Source: Phoronis australis
Taxonomy: Eukaryota; Animalia; Phoronida
Length of the DNA: 64,000 nt
NCBI GenBank assembly: GCA_002633005.1
Contig: NMRA01000975.1
Location: 17,958 to 81,957, forward strand
Direction: 5' to 3'
Part shown: positions 13,001-24,746 of the stretch, one piece after another
How the letters are laid out: every line of letters starts with the position of its first letter
Position numbering within the stretch: the first letter of the stretch is position 1
Translations under genes and position numbers: made by a program
The notes under the pieces: generated by a model
Seen by the model: only the letters and a program-made list of their open reading frames with translations
Databases searched by the model: none
Told to the model about the DNA's origin: nothing

Positions 13001-16000
13001 TCCCATCCAGTCTTGCTCAGTAAACGTGGCGTCGTTGAAGGCGTATAGCGCAGGACCCTATAGTACACCATGGCTATTTTAAGTTTGGTTTGTAAAACCA
13101 ATGCATAAAACACACTCACATATTACAGCAACGACAAAACAAACTCCGTTAGGTAGACATCAATCCCTATATCCGCCACTCTCACCTTCCCTTTCTCCCA
13201 TTCACTGTTGATATTCCCCATCCTAGTTTTACTCTAGTCTCCCTCCCTCACACACTCCTTCCCTCACACCCTCTTTCTCTTGATAACGCCCACCCCAGCT
13301 CCACTCCGGTCTCCCTCCCTCACACACTCCATCCGTTACACCCTCCTTCCCTCTCTCCCTTCCTAGCTCCCACCCCAATTCCACCACGGTCCCCCTCCCT
13401 CACACACTCCATCAATCACTTCCTCCTCACCCTCTCCGACCTCAGTAGTTCCCACCTCATTGTTCTACTCAAATGTCCCGCATATAGAGGCATGCGCTGA
13501 AGTTCAGCAATTAAGCGCTCAATCGAGGGGTTGTCTGGTAACATGAAAACGTTTTAAATGAGTTGACAATTACGTAGTCTACAATATCATAATGCATATT
13601 CGTGAAGTCAGGATTATTGCATTGCTATCCAGCTTCCGTTCAGTAACTTGCTTTACCATGTTATACCACGCAGTTACACAAGCAACTGACAGGACTTTTC
13701 AATATATTTCACCGACATCAACGTCAGTAAACTTACTCTTCAATTTCGTTTTTGTCAAATTTTCATAAATCAAGTTCCAAAACAAACCAAATTAGACAAC
13801 ACGAATTCCCAGATTGCATATTTGTTTACTTTATTTGTAAATAAATGGTCATATCTGACTTTTAAAAAGGCAGCACAAAACCCCTCTTGCATCAACAAGT
13901 TTTTATTGCTTTCTGTATCTGAACATTTCATTTGAAACCGATCAGCCACTTCTGAGGTATGATGTTTCGAAATTTGGCCATTTTCAAGTCCTACGTGACC
14001 AAATGAGATTCTACATTTGTGTTCTAAGCCCCAGTGAAAACACCGCTGTCTTCAAGCTAATGCCTCGTTGACAGATACCACTGCACTGTTGTGTTATTAC
14101 ATTTCAGTGTGTACACACATACTTTGGCCTCAGGAGTGTACATGTGAAGCTGCGCTTTTATTCTAAATCAGGTGCATGCGCCTTTCCCCTGCATCAGGAA
14201 CATGCACCTGTCCACTACATCGGGTGTATGCGTCTATTCCCCACATCAGGTGTGTGTGCGCCTACTCCCCACATCAGGTTATGCGCCTATACCCTACATC
14301 AGGTTATGCGCCTATACCCTAAATCCAATTCATGCGCCTGCATAAGAAACATTTCACCAAAAAACTAAGGAGCACATTTCTAAAGTACCCGTGAGTGAAT
14401 CTTGACTTGTTTGTTACAAATCAGTAGATGTTCATGTGCATTGAATTCACCAAAAGGCAAACAAAAATGCCTGAGTTTACAACAATTTACTGGGTGTGTT
14501 CGTTTAGACCTGTAGATTATACAGACCCAAGTAGACGCAACAGCGTACGTTGTCCCAGGAAAATATTTTGCATACAGTGCACCAATAAAAGGGAATCGCC
14601 TCACCATTACAAGCTGAAAATACTGAACAAGTCGTTTACAAGTAATGTAAAGAAAAGCTAACTATTGCAGAGGTAGTAATTCACAAGTGTACGCAAGCGG
14701 TCACCAGAAATTTAGCTTGCATGCTGACGTAGCTACCAAGCGCAAGGTCCCCTGTCCATTGTAAAAGAACTCTCCCCAAGGTGGACATTTAATTCACATT
14801 TGCGCATATATAGGCAAACCACATCTAGAGCATTTCTCACGAAATATTTCGGATAGAGGCCCATGAGCCTACATTAACTGACGCCTTTTGGTATGCTGTT
14901 AGCTGAAGTGTTTTAAGACAGGTGTCACCACTGTTCCACAAAGTATGACGTTACAAAGCATTTTTTCGTTCCAGGAACACACTATTGTAATAGTATTATA
15001 CCCGTTTCCCATTTTAACAAGCGCGTTCAATCATTGCCCGTTCTGTTCAAGGTGTAGATAAAGCACACGGGTTCCTTAGAGTGTCAGTGTCAGGTAGTGG
15101 CCCAGTTATGTACCTATTGCCGAGAGAAAGCAGGACCTGCAGGAAAAGTCGCAGTTCATAACGCTTTAATTGCATTTTATTCCAATTTCTTCACATTTCT
15201 TACCTGAAAATGCACAAGCTCTGGGTGAACCAAGTGTTCTGTATTTGCTGGAAAAGTTGACTTGTCAAATAAGAACTTGATCGTCTTTGCTTTGGCATCC
15301 TCAGCATTCTGAATTAGCTCCTGAGAAAGTAAAGAATTTCAAACTCTAATTACAATGGTGATGATGATAGTGATGATGATGACGTTGAGAGTGACATTGA
15401 CTGGTGTTCGTTACTGTTGATGTAGAAGACGTCACTGACAGCACTGGCCAATGAGGATGAAGAGGTGGTAATATTGTGATGATGACTATGAGGCAAACAG
15501 TGATGATTACAGTAAAGTTGCACGATTGGGTCGCCCCAAGTTCAATCCTTCTTAGGTATACATCGGGGTAGAGATCAATAACCCAGAAGCACCTCACTAA
15601 AAAGCAAGACGTTGAATGATTACGTGTATTTTAAAGGAGAGCACCTGATTTTGGCTAGATTTTTCTAGTTGCAAGACAGCTACTGAACTCTACCCTGGCG
15701 TGCGTCCAGGGACGCAAACGCGATAATCTCATGAGTTCGCAAGAATACCAACTGATGACTTCGCGAGATATTGTCAGGTATTGCAAGCGAAGCACACGAC
15801 CACACTAGCTTCCTTGGCGAAACTCTTGCTTCTGCGATGTATACTAGAGAGGAACAGAGAATTTTAAGTGTAGAAAAGCATGGTTACGTGCATGTATAAC
15901 ATTAGTTTTTGATTCCTGTTATAGTACAGAGCAAATATATTTTTTCCGGGCGAATGAGCACTTACACAACAAAACACTAGGATGCAATGTCTCTGTAACA

Positions 16001-17774
16001 ACTGCGTGTGCGCCGCCCCCCATTTGTGCAGGGGTTGGTACTGCTAAAGACGCAACGACGTCCCTTATGCCAATGAGAACTACCAAGAAGTCTTTACCAG
16101 TTTTACACCAAAAAACGAAACACGTTTGAATTGTAACAGATTTTTGATGAAAATTTGTCGTTTCAATACAAAAATTGCTATGTCAGAAGCACTAAACCGC
16201 TGTATGAAGTCAGTGGTGATCCATTCCTTACTGTGCGTGTAAGTGGCAGCAAAATTTGTTGACGATCGTTCATCGGACTGCAGAGCAGCATAAAATCTCC
16301 CGTGCACAACGCAGCTTAAGCCGGGCGCACGCGGTGTGCGGCTTAGTTGTGTTCGCTTTGTAATCAGCTCAGATTTGGCTCCGTCGCGTTCGGCTGCTGC
16401 CAATCCACTATCTGTACTACTTCGAACGCGCGATATCCGACAGGCTAACATGGCTGTATTGTGTAGAGGGCCTGAACAGTTCTCATCGCATCATGGATGA
16501 AACCCGGACATGTCGTCGGGAATTTTTAGCTACAACGGCATTTGCAAAGGGCACGAGAATTTGTCACAAGTCGTTTTAAAATAAGAATTTTTCTAAACAC
16601 GCAAGTTAATGTCAGGCGTGCAAGTTCATTGTCATAGTCGAACAGTGTGACTAAATACAAACGAAACAGAAACACAAGTCAGTCGCACTACAACGAAAAA
16701 CCAACTACAGGTTTCAGTATATTTCCCTGTTGTATTTCCATCAGAAATTTTCGTTGTCCGGGACTCGGTGATTCTTTTCTAAGATAAAGCGAGGAACACA
16801 AGACATACGCAAGATATATTCGAGAAACAATCGACTTACGGTCGTATCATCGTTAAGGCAAGGTAAACACAGAGCCAGTGATACCGATTCTCATCGGATT
16901 CAAGATTTATAGAGTAGCAATCTTCCATTGAACGCATGTGAGCTGCGTCGATCCGACCGAGTTTTGCATTTTTGACAAATTTTCTTTGTCCGAAATTAGC
17001 GGGACGACATTGTTCAAAATTTATGGACCATTGAAAAACAGTTTTGAACCTTGCACGCATATTGTAGATCATGAAAAATTCATTTTGGAAATATTTATTC
17101 TTGTCCCAACATGACAGGCAGTCCGAAAATTGGGCGACTTTACCCTATAGTCGATGCTGATGACTTGGGTGAATAAACTAAAGTACGCCACGACGGTGGA
17201 CAACATATCGGCCTTTATGTCCAATAATCACCACACGAGTCAACTGAGACAAGCTAAACAAAGGTCCATTTTGTGATTTCTAGATCATCTCGGGCGCTCG
17301 TTTTAAATAGGCCTATTTAATTTAGTCTAAACAGTTTGCAATTTGGCTACATAAAGACAAACGGTCACTTTTTTCTTTGCGTCCTCCCTACATCATAACT
17401 ATCGATCATCACAAGCCTATTGGAATACCATCAATTTTACTCTTAATACCTGGAAATTCAACTTCGGTTCGGCCAAAAACAAATGAATTTGCCGTGCGAT
17501 AAATTGGTGCAAATAAACTAACCTTATTTGTTTGAGAGTTTTAAAGAGTTCTTCAGTTAACGCAAAGTCGAATATATAATATTCAAAGTTGAATAAATTC
17601 CTTTTCACTCCAGTTCTTGTGCGCACATTCAAAATTAGAAAGTCGGCATATCGTCACTCGTTGATATTGTTTTGAACTAATCACCTCCTACCTTGAGTAT
17701 TTGGCCGTCGTCTGGATACTGGTCCAAAATTGATCTCATTTGTTGTATCAGGCTCGGCTGTATGATGTCAAAAT
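773..17774 (-). CDS. SACS: Sacsin-like protein (2 SRR/HATPase repeats + J domain + HEPN), spliced, ~3200 aa; true first coding exon not identified
   Basis: GT-AG exons joined in frame by hand: 17774-17692 ([28 protein letters not shown]), 15320-15204 ([11 protein letters not shown]...), 13057-12910 ([12 protein letters not shown]...[14 protein letters not shown]), 12766-11213, 10928-3511, 1084-773. Sacsin hallmarks: [68 protein letters not shown]...RYPD. Orthology to vertebrate SACS versus a lineage-specific paralog is not determined. Confidence 0.93.
2681..2810. repeat. Tandem duplication, ~65 bp x2, in last sacsin intron
   Basis: ttttcattaccta.agatc...ggtgacta.cc.gtt occurs twice in succession. 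Confidence 0.7.
3511..10928 (-). CDS. Sacsin-like giant exon (7418 bp): second SRR, central region, J domain, HEPN N-terminal helix
   Basis: Inside ORF 3457..10917. Acceptor ttgcag at 10930-10929, donor CAG|gtaagc at 3510. [31 protein letters not shown] at ~8865-8755; HPD at 3885-3877. Confidence 0.95.
11213..12766 (-). CDS. Sacsin-like exon, remainder of first SRR
   Basis: Inside ORF 11184..12794. Acceptor ttgcag at 12768-12767, donor G|gtaagt at 11212, phase 1-1. Motifs [34 protein letters not shown]. Confidence 0.93.
12910..13057 (-). CDS. Sacsin-like exon (HATPase G-box region of SRR1)
   Basis: 148 bp, [20 protein letters not shown]...[20 protein letters not shown] boundaries in matching phases. 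Confidence 0.92.
13225..13435. repeat. C-rich minisatellite, ~75-bp period, ~3 copies
   Basis: Core ccctccctcacacactcc near 13241, 13313 and 13393; strongly pyrimidine-skewed. Confidence 0.75.
14150..14342. repeat. Degenerate ~23-bp minisatellite
   Basis: About 8 units resembling tgcgcctataccctacatcaggtta. Confidence 0.75.
15204..15320 (-). CDS. Sacsin-like exon (HATPase N-box ELIQNAED)
   Basis: 117 bp, phase 0-0, ctcag|GAG...CAG|gtaag; absent from the ORF track. Confidence 0.9.
15352..15510. repeat. Degenerate (GAT)n low-complexity tract
   Basis: Runs of gatgat/gtgatg; explains the poly-His end of ORF 15346..15597. Confidence 0.6.
17692..17774 (-). CDS. Sacsin-like exon (start of SRR1)
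   Basis: 83 bp, ...[23 protein letters not shown]|gtagg, joins in frame to ELIQNAED. Confidence 0.88.
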
Positions 17775-18711
17775 CTATAAATGTCGTAAGAGATTCACCA
17801 TTCAAATCAGAGAATGAATACAAGAAGTGTATCAATTTGAACTGTCAGCTATTTTTCGAACGGGAATGGCCACGGTGAATTTTTTCATCCAGAGTCAAAT
17901 TAAGCGCTCTTGATAGAGACACGCTGTCGCGAGTCATAGACACGATATAAAAAAAAACACAATTTTTACTTTCATTAACTATACACGGGAATATTTGTCA
18001 ACTAAAGCTGTCTCTCTCTTACATGCACACAATCAAAGTGACCAGTTTTAATTATCACAGTATAGCTTGAAGATGGTTCGTCGATAAATAATCACGTGTC
18101 GTAAAAAAGGATTCATCGTTTATACCAGTGAAACATAATTCATCTTAGTAAACCATTGAATCCAACTGGAAAACTGACAACACAAGACACATAATTCTCG
18201 TAAAACAAATGAAATAATCACTTCACTATACTCTTGCAGCAATTCCAGGAATTGCACCTTATGCACTTACAATAACAGACTTTCTCTCAATTTCCTTTAG
18301 CGTAATAACGAATATGAAGACAAAGGACGCAAATTTTTGTATTCAGAGAGATTGGCATGCGTCAATTTTGACTAACATCTAAGAAAATAATATTATGCGA
18401 TTTTGATATGATTCAAAATAGCGGACTCTCATGATATTGTAACGTATTTACGTACGTCTGACTTGGATGTTAACCACATTTCCTCCACCGGATTCAAAAT
18501 GGGATTGCGTGTATAATGATACCAGTTTGGCAAAACAAGGTGAAAGAAAAACCATGCAAAACTTACCGACCGAATTCACTGTGGCCTTGAACACCCAAAC
18601 GAAAAGCAGCAGATGCGACGACTGGCGTTAAACAGTATCAAATAAATTATGTCAAACTTAGTACAATAGTAATATTCGTCATGGCTGCAGCGCGACACTG
18701 ATTAAGTGAAC

Positions 18712-19191
18712 TTCAAGGGAAAGGCAACCATTTTTATGTCATTTCTAGCAAAAACAAGGTTTTTTGATTATCCTACATATATTTTTCACTTATAACAGCT
18801 TTTCGCAATTTAATTAATTATTCTTCCTTTACTCCGGAAGTCACGTTTTGGGAAGCAAGAATTTCGCGCCAATTTCTTTTGATATAATGTGACTGTGAGA
18901 GCTGTTGAGTCAGTGTGGCATGTTGACTGACTCGTAAACAAAAGCAAACGACGACCAAACTAATCACAACAGAGGTAGAACAATGACTGACTCGGCAAGC
19001 CCGACAGTCAGACTATTTGAAAAGAAATTGGGGCGAAATACTTGCTTCCCAAAAACGTCACTTACGGAGTAAAGGACGAGTAATTGTTTAAATTACAAAA
19101 AGCTGTAATTAAATGAAAAATATGTCTGGGATAATCAACGAACCTTATTTTTGCTAAAAATGACAAGAAAAAAGATTGCCTTCACCTTTAA
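18712..19191. mobile_element. Foldback/MITE with ~200-bp imperfect TIRs, Kolobok-like termini
   Basis: Left arm (...ctttactccggaagtcacgttttgggaagcaagaatttcgcgccaatttctttt) is the reverse complement of the right arm (aaaagaaattggggcgaaatacttgcttcccaaaaacgtcacttacggagtaaagg). Ends ttca|AGG...CCT|ttaa resemble a TTAA target duplication with one mismatch. Confidence 0.8.
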
Positions 19192-22149
19192 GTCTTAACC
19201 AGGAGTGTTTTCAGACGATTTAATTAATATTCTATTCGTCCAGGGACGCCTTTATGTATTGCGCAATTTAGTGAAGAAAATACTGCAATGACGATGAACA
19301 CAAACACACACATTAAGGCCTACTCACCCTGCATATTTTGGATTAGACCAGCCATCGTGGCCTGATGTCCTTTGTCAAAAGCTTCCTGGTTTGCTAAAAT
19401 ATAACATAATACTGCGTACAGTCGGTGGCCATTGTAGGCCTACTACCGTAAGATACAGGGCCCCTTTTATCAAAGGACGGTCGCACCCGGGGTCTTAGCT
19501 CAGTGAGACGCTGGAAGGCAGGAAGTGTCAGAGTTAAAAGTGTTCCTATCGTTGATGTGAGCTTCTTTACTCAATGAAGCGGAAAGTGTGGCCTAATGAG
19601 GGGAATTTCGCTTTTTAAGTACTAATTTCAGAGGGTGAATCATGGGGCCGATATTCGATCAAAACCGAGAACTGAGAGCACTGGAATACATTATATTTTC
19701 GTGATCTTATTATAAATTGCGAATTCTCGTTGAAGACAGATAACAAATTAATTACGCTTAAAATACGTTGACATTTAATGAGCGAACTTCCTCCAGCAGA
19801 GCGTTGGGCTGCAACCGTGGGGGTTGTAGGCAGAGATCTTGAAATGCTTTAAGTTCGATTCCCTCTCAGTTGAGGCTGGTCTCAGAAAATCACTTTCTGG
19901 TCGATAAAGTCACGACGTTTATGACGGTGGGCGTTCATGAATGTGAATTACGATCATTCTAAAGTCTATAGTTTTGTAGATAATTGACTATAAATACACC
20001 GACTAGTTGATCAGGTCCTACATAATCTTAACAGAGTCGGGTCATAAGCGGACAACATAAACAGGGCCACGGCGGGTCCGTCAGAAGCGAGCCTGCTTCA
20101 CGTGTGCGGTGTGCCGATAACATTAACAGGGCCTCACGGGTGTTTGTGAAGATAACACACCTGGCTCAGATTAATCACTCCTGCATGTATTTAGAACTAC
20201 TACTGAAAGGGAAAGAAGCTGACCCAAACAATCCAATCATGACTGGAAATTTTTATATAGCTGTACATCGGGAATAAACCCGTGTATTCTGTCAAATGAT
20301 AAGTTATGATTTAACCTATTTACCGCTAAAATGGTCTTGTTTAATATAGTGTTCTTTACTTCCTTATTTCTTCAGACTAAGCCCACAAAATTTCAGGTAA
20401 CGCCGTAGGCGGCGCCCCTCGACTACCTATACACAACAGAGACTCAGGGGCTACAATACTCCCCATCACTCACGGGCGGCGCAGCACTGAAAAAGTGGGG
20501 GCTATAGCCTCCCGGCACCCTATGGTGCGCCGCCCATGTCACAGTCTGTGCTAATTTCATCCCATGGCGGAAGGCCAAATCCGTGCACGGAATAAGAGGT
20601 TTTCACCTCGCCAACAATTAAACTTTCACTTAAGAATCCGCTTACTTTCTTCAGTGATCCTTTTTTGTTCTACACATATCTTCCATAATGCGATGAAGCA
20701 TATTTACGGGAATTATGGTGATTGGCGAAGAAGTTTAATACCACCCTTTTGGTTACCGTTAACTTTTTCACCGCGCGCGATACCAAAGAAAATGAAGTCG
20801 CCAGAGACCGTAGAGAGATCACGCGAGTTAGGCCACGAAAAACGCGAGGACTGAACGAATTTGCAAAATGTAAAATGGGAAAATATTCGGTGGAATTTAT
20901 AATATGTGTGTCCCTTGTACAATTTGTTCGTCAACACGCGAGATTTCGCAAAACTTCCTCAAAATGGCACCCGGTGAGGGAAGCTTGAGCAAATCACGAC
21001 AGATTTCCATGCATAAAGTATGTTCATATTAAATTAATTTGTCTCCAGAGTCATGATATGTTAATTAGTTACTCGATGTGTGTGTGTATATGCATGTTTC
21101 ATTTGATGTTACTCGCTGTATTTTGAGATGAGTAACTTTTATACGGGTGTAGTCCTACTATCGCCCCTGTATTACAGGGCCATGCGATTCCACAGTAATA
21201 GCCTGACGACAAACTATCAGTGTTATCCAAGCCCAGAAATTACTATAAAAACTTGTCTTTGACAGAAAACACACCTAGGTTGAATGCCGCTAAAAATAAT
21301 CCCGTTATCGAAATTGATATGAGGATAAAAGTATGAAATTCAAACCAACCTTTTTCTCTACTTGTACTTGGGTAGGCCTAGCCAGCTCCCCACCCTGACT
21401 GTTTCCATGGTGCAATCACGAGATACTTTTTTCTTCGAAAATGATTTTCTGGCGTTTTGCCGCTTGTGTCAGTGGGAAAAACATGCGCATTCTGTGCGCT
21501 CTGTAATATTCTTCGAAATCACCTGGTTTTGGATTTCTTCGAAATAACACCCAAGTTGGGCTGGTTCTCCCACCTGTCGCCAGGTGGCGAAACCGTCTCG
21601 TCGTTCGCCCAGGGCTCACACTCTGACGTCAAGCCTATATGAAGCCAGAGGGTCTGTGCAGTCTGTGGAGGAGACAACTGGTCTAGGAGTTGTTTCGTCT
21701 TCATTCGGAGACCTCGGAGCGGGCTCAGACCGCCTTGTGTAAATTTTTGATACCTTGATCGGAGGGTTTTACCTAAGACATCATCTTGTTCTTTTCAGGT
21801 GACCGTTGTCAGTGTTGGATTGTAGCCTGAATACATATACCGGTACATCTGTACACAGATAGACCTTCATATCCGACCAGTATAACAGTCATCTGTCCAG
21901 TGCGTGTGAAGTAAGTTGATTCCTCTGAGATACAGTGCTGTAGTGGGACGATGACGCATGTAGGCGCAGCCAACCACCTTTTGGAATTTTAATTAACAGA
22001 CAGTTTAGTAGAACTTGGGAGAGACAGAGGGTTTTAATAAAACATTATTTCTTTCCTTTTCAGTAGAGTGACCGTTATCATATTGTTGGATGGTATCCTG
22101 ACTTAAGAGCATGAGCTGTCTTACAACCATCTCTTGTGGGGCTTTTCAT

Positions 22150-22365
22150 TTGCCCATCTTACCAGAGATTAGTATTTTTACCTTACTTATGTTTAGTCAC
22201 TGCGTATTACTTGTAAGTGTATTAGTCATAATAAATTACCTTACTTGTAATTGTATTTGTCATAATAAATGACCTTATGTCGCCTACCCCGGTCTTTGTT
22301 TCATCTCTGGTAACGAGCTGGTGACGCACGAAGTAGTATACATCATTCGGTACATATGTCGATCA
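22150..22365 (+). repeat. Dispersed repeat, second copy at ~41581-41755
   Basis: Shared blocks ttgcccatcttaccagagatta, gtcataataaatgac, tttcatct.t.gtaacgagct, atgtcgatcat. Confidence 0.75.
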
Positions 22366-22366
22366 T

Positions 22367-22866
22367 GAATGATTTACATCTACACAAATAAACCTTCAAA
22401 TCTAGATTCTGCCAATTGTGTTGTGTGCCAGTGAAGTCTGTGAACTTTATGATGCAAATGATATTGAAAAGGTCCAAAAGGTTTTTTTCGGGATTTTTGG
22501 AGTGGAGTTCCGACTAGTCAGGGAGTGCTCTAGTGATTGTGGCAGCCAAGGCTCAGAAGTTGGAAAACGTATTAATAATTCAAGGAATGGAAAAATCATA
22601 AAATATTGGCTGAAGCTGATAACAGCTGACCTACAGCAAGAGGTACGTTTCAGTAGAATACAGAATCAACAACACAATTTGGCAAAAAAACTTGAAGGGT
22701 TGTTCTGGTTTAGGTCTAAATGTGAACATTTTGTTGAAAACCCATGCCATGGGGAACACAGATAATTTTAGACAAAACGAGCTTCATTGACTGACAAAAA
22801 ACAAACAATAAAAAACAAAAGAAAAACCGCGTTGTGAATTCCAATCGGCGTGCACTAAATACACAA
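22367..22866 (+). mobile_element. Degraded non-LTR retrotransposon (RT thumb-like) fragment, copy 1
   Basis: Translation LCASEVC...IEKVQKVFFGIFGV...IIKYWLKL resembles the post-RT L.Y.SEVW..IE.V...F...LGV...IKYW.KL region of LINEs; direct repeat of 24092-24508. Confidence 0.6.
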
Positions 22867-22976
22867 AGGATTGTTTAATGGCAACGTCGAAGTCGTGTAA
22901 CAAAACCAGCAGACGATATCATGTTGTTAGTCTGTTCAAAAAGATAGGAAACTAGCCCTGAATTTCCATTTTACCG

Positions 22977-24050
22977 AACATGCGGTGATCACTGATAACT
23001 ACTAATGGTGTCCTTTGAAGTTTTTCTTGCTCAGAATAACTCAATACAGTACGATTGAAACACGAATAAATGTTTTTCATTACGGTTACAATTAGGCCAG
23101 TGTCTCATGCTTGTTGATGTTCATTCGGTTTATGCATTTGGATTGAGCAGCACAAATTAGAGCAGTGACTGACGACAAGAGATGATGGTGGCTGCATATA
23201 AACACCCAAAGACCCAGCTAGACTCTTACTGATGTTTGAAAAGCCCGTTAAGATAACGGCGGAGCTCCAACACAAATGAAAGTTACCACTGCCAAGAACA
23301 GCCCCATTAAACTTTGCGAATCTTTCTTCATTGAAGCAGGCATGTAGTTGGATGATTTCAGGAGACAGTCGAGCTACAAAATCTATATCCTTCAACTGGT
23401 GGAGGACGTCAACATGTTCTTTATGATTTTCCAAAAGATAACTAGTCAAAAGCCGCGACTTTCTGAACTTGTCTTCATAATCTAGTTCACTATCAAGACA
23501 TGCAATGGTCTGAGCAAAACTGACTAACTAGTCATCTGAAACAGTTTGCTGTAACCCAATTTCTAACAAGAAGGAATGCCAACCTGAACTCTTGAATGGT
23601 ACAGGAGGGAAATTTCGCTCTTCCAACATCTCGGCAAAAATGTCCAGCTCCCAATCGAAGAACTCACGAGCTGTGCATAGTATCCCACTTTCTCCTTTAA
23701 TGAACGGGGCATTTCTCAGACTTGACAAGAACGACTTACGCTTTTGATGGTCTCTAAAGCCTGGCATGATATGGTCTTTTATATACGTTAGATGGTCAAG
23801 TCTTCCATTCCCTGACATTTCACCAAAATGTTGAAGTATGTAGTTGGCATACAGATCGGACCGTTCAATCCTCTCGATTCCAAGACAATCCATCACTTGT
23901 CTGTCTTGGACCATTCTGTCCAAGAACACAACACTGCTATCGCTTTCCCAAACGTGAGCATCTGTAGATGGCACATTATATGTGAGCACCACGCCTCGTT
24001 TGTCTTCGAGTTTGATAAGAGACCCGCCTTTAGTGCAAAAAAGTGCTTAA
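22977..24050 (-). pseudogene. Partial duplicate of sacsin giant exon (matches ~5285-6371)
   Basis: Colinear with the parent. Nonsense changes CAG>TAG (23530-23528) and TGG>TGA (23107-23105), plus a 6-bp deletion near 23375. ORFs 23105..23449 and 23528..23992 match the parent protein. Confidence 0.95.
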
Positions 24051-24091
24051 AAGCACCTGCCATTAAAATTGTTGGATTTTATCCTGAATAA

Positions 24092-24508
24092 ATGATTTAC
24101 ATCTACGCAAATAAACCTTCTTATTAGATTTTGCCAATTGTGTTGTGTGTCAGTGAAGTTTGATGCAAATGATATTGAAATGGTCCAAATGATTTTTTTT
24201 CGGATTGTTTTGGAGTTCATCTAGTAAGGGAGTACTCCAGTGATTGTGTCAGTCAGGTCTGAGAAGTTGGAAAACGATTATTGATAATTCAAGGAACGGC
24301 AAACTTATTGGCTGAAGCTGATAACAACTGACCGACATCAAGAGGTTTGGCAGAAAACTTGAAAGGTTGTTCGAGTTTAGATCTAAAGGGGAATACTAGT
24401 TGAAAACCTATGGAATACGAGCTTCATTGAATGACAAAAAATAAACAAAAATTAAAACAAAACAAAACCCGCGTTGTGAATTCCGAAACCGCGCACACTA
24501 AATACACA
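24092..24508 (+). mobile_element. Degraded LINE-like fragment, copy 2
   Basis: aatgatttacatctac.caaataaaccttc ... ccgcgttgtgaattcc ... cactaaatacaca shared with 22367-22866, with indels. Confidence 0.65.
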
Positions 24509-24689
24509 GGTACACTCTTTGTGGTCTGGTTACAGCACAGCGGTGCTGCCGATAGTGGTGTTTGGCTTATTCACTTGTATTATGTTTTCCCGGCCCAAAC
24601 CTTCAATGATCAGACATTTTTGCTAGGATTCAGAGATGCATTTGTAAATTTTGCTCTCGCTTTTATCACCCCGGCCAACCCGCGGTCGA

Positions 24690-24746
24690 GAACGACCGGA
24701 AAGCGATAAAGAACGAAACCGGTTGCGAGAAGCGAAGCCAGGCAAG
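24690..24746 (+). other. Candidate non-coding first exon of the acidic-protein gene
   Basis: CpG-rich patch ending in a consensus donor CAAG|gtgagt (24747). The ATG at 29928 is preceded by an acceptor tttcag ending at 29921. The start coordinate is approximate. Confidence 0.4.

Noticed and set aside
15346-15597. His-rich ORF as a sacsin exon
   Set aside because: Derived from a GAT-rich tract; the true exons 17692-17774 and 15204-15320 join without it.
18647-18682. ATG at 18682 as the sacsin start
   Set aside because: Stops after 11 codons and never reaches the donor at 18566.
19490-19870. tRNA/SINE-like A-box (tagctcagtg) and B-box (gttcgattcc)
   Set aside because: Boxes are ~350 bp apart and no cloverleaf can be folded.
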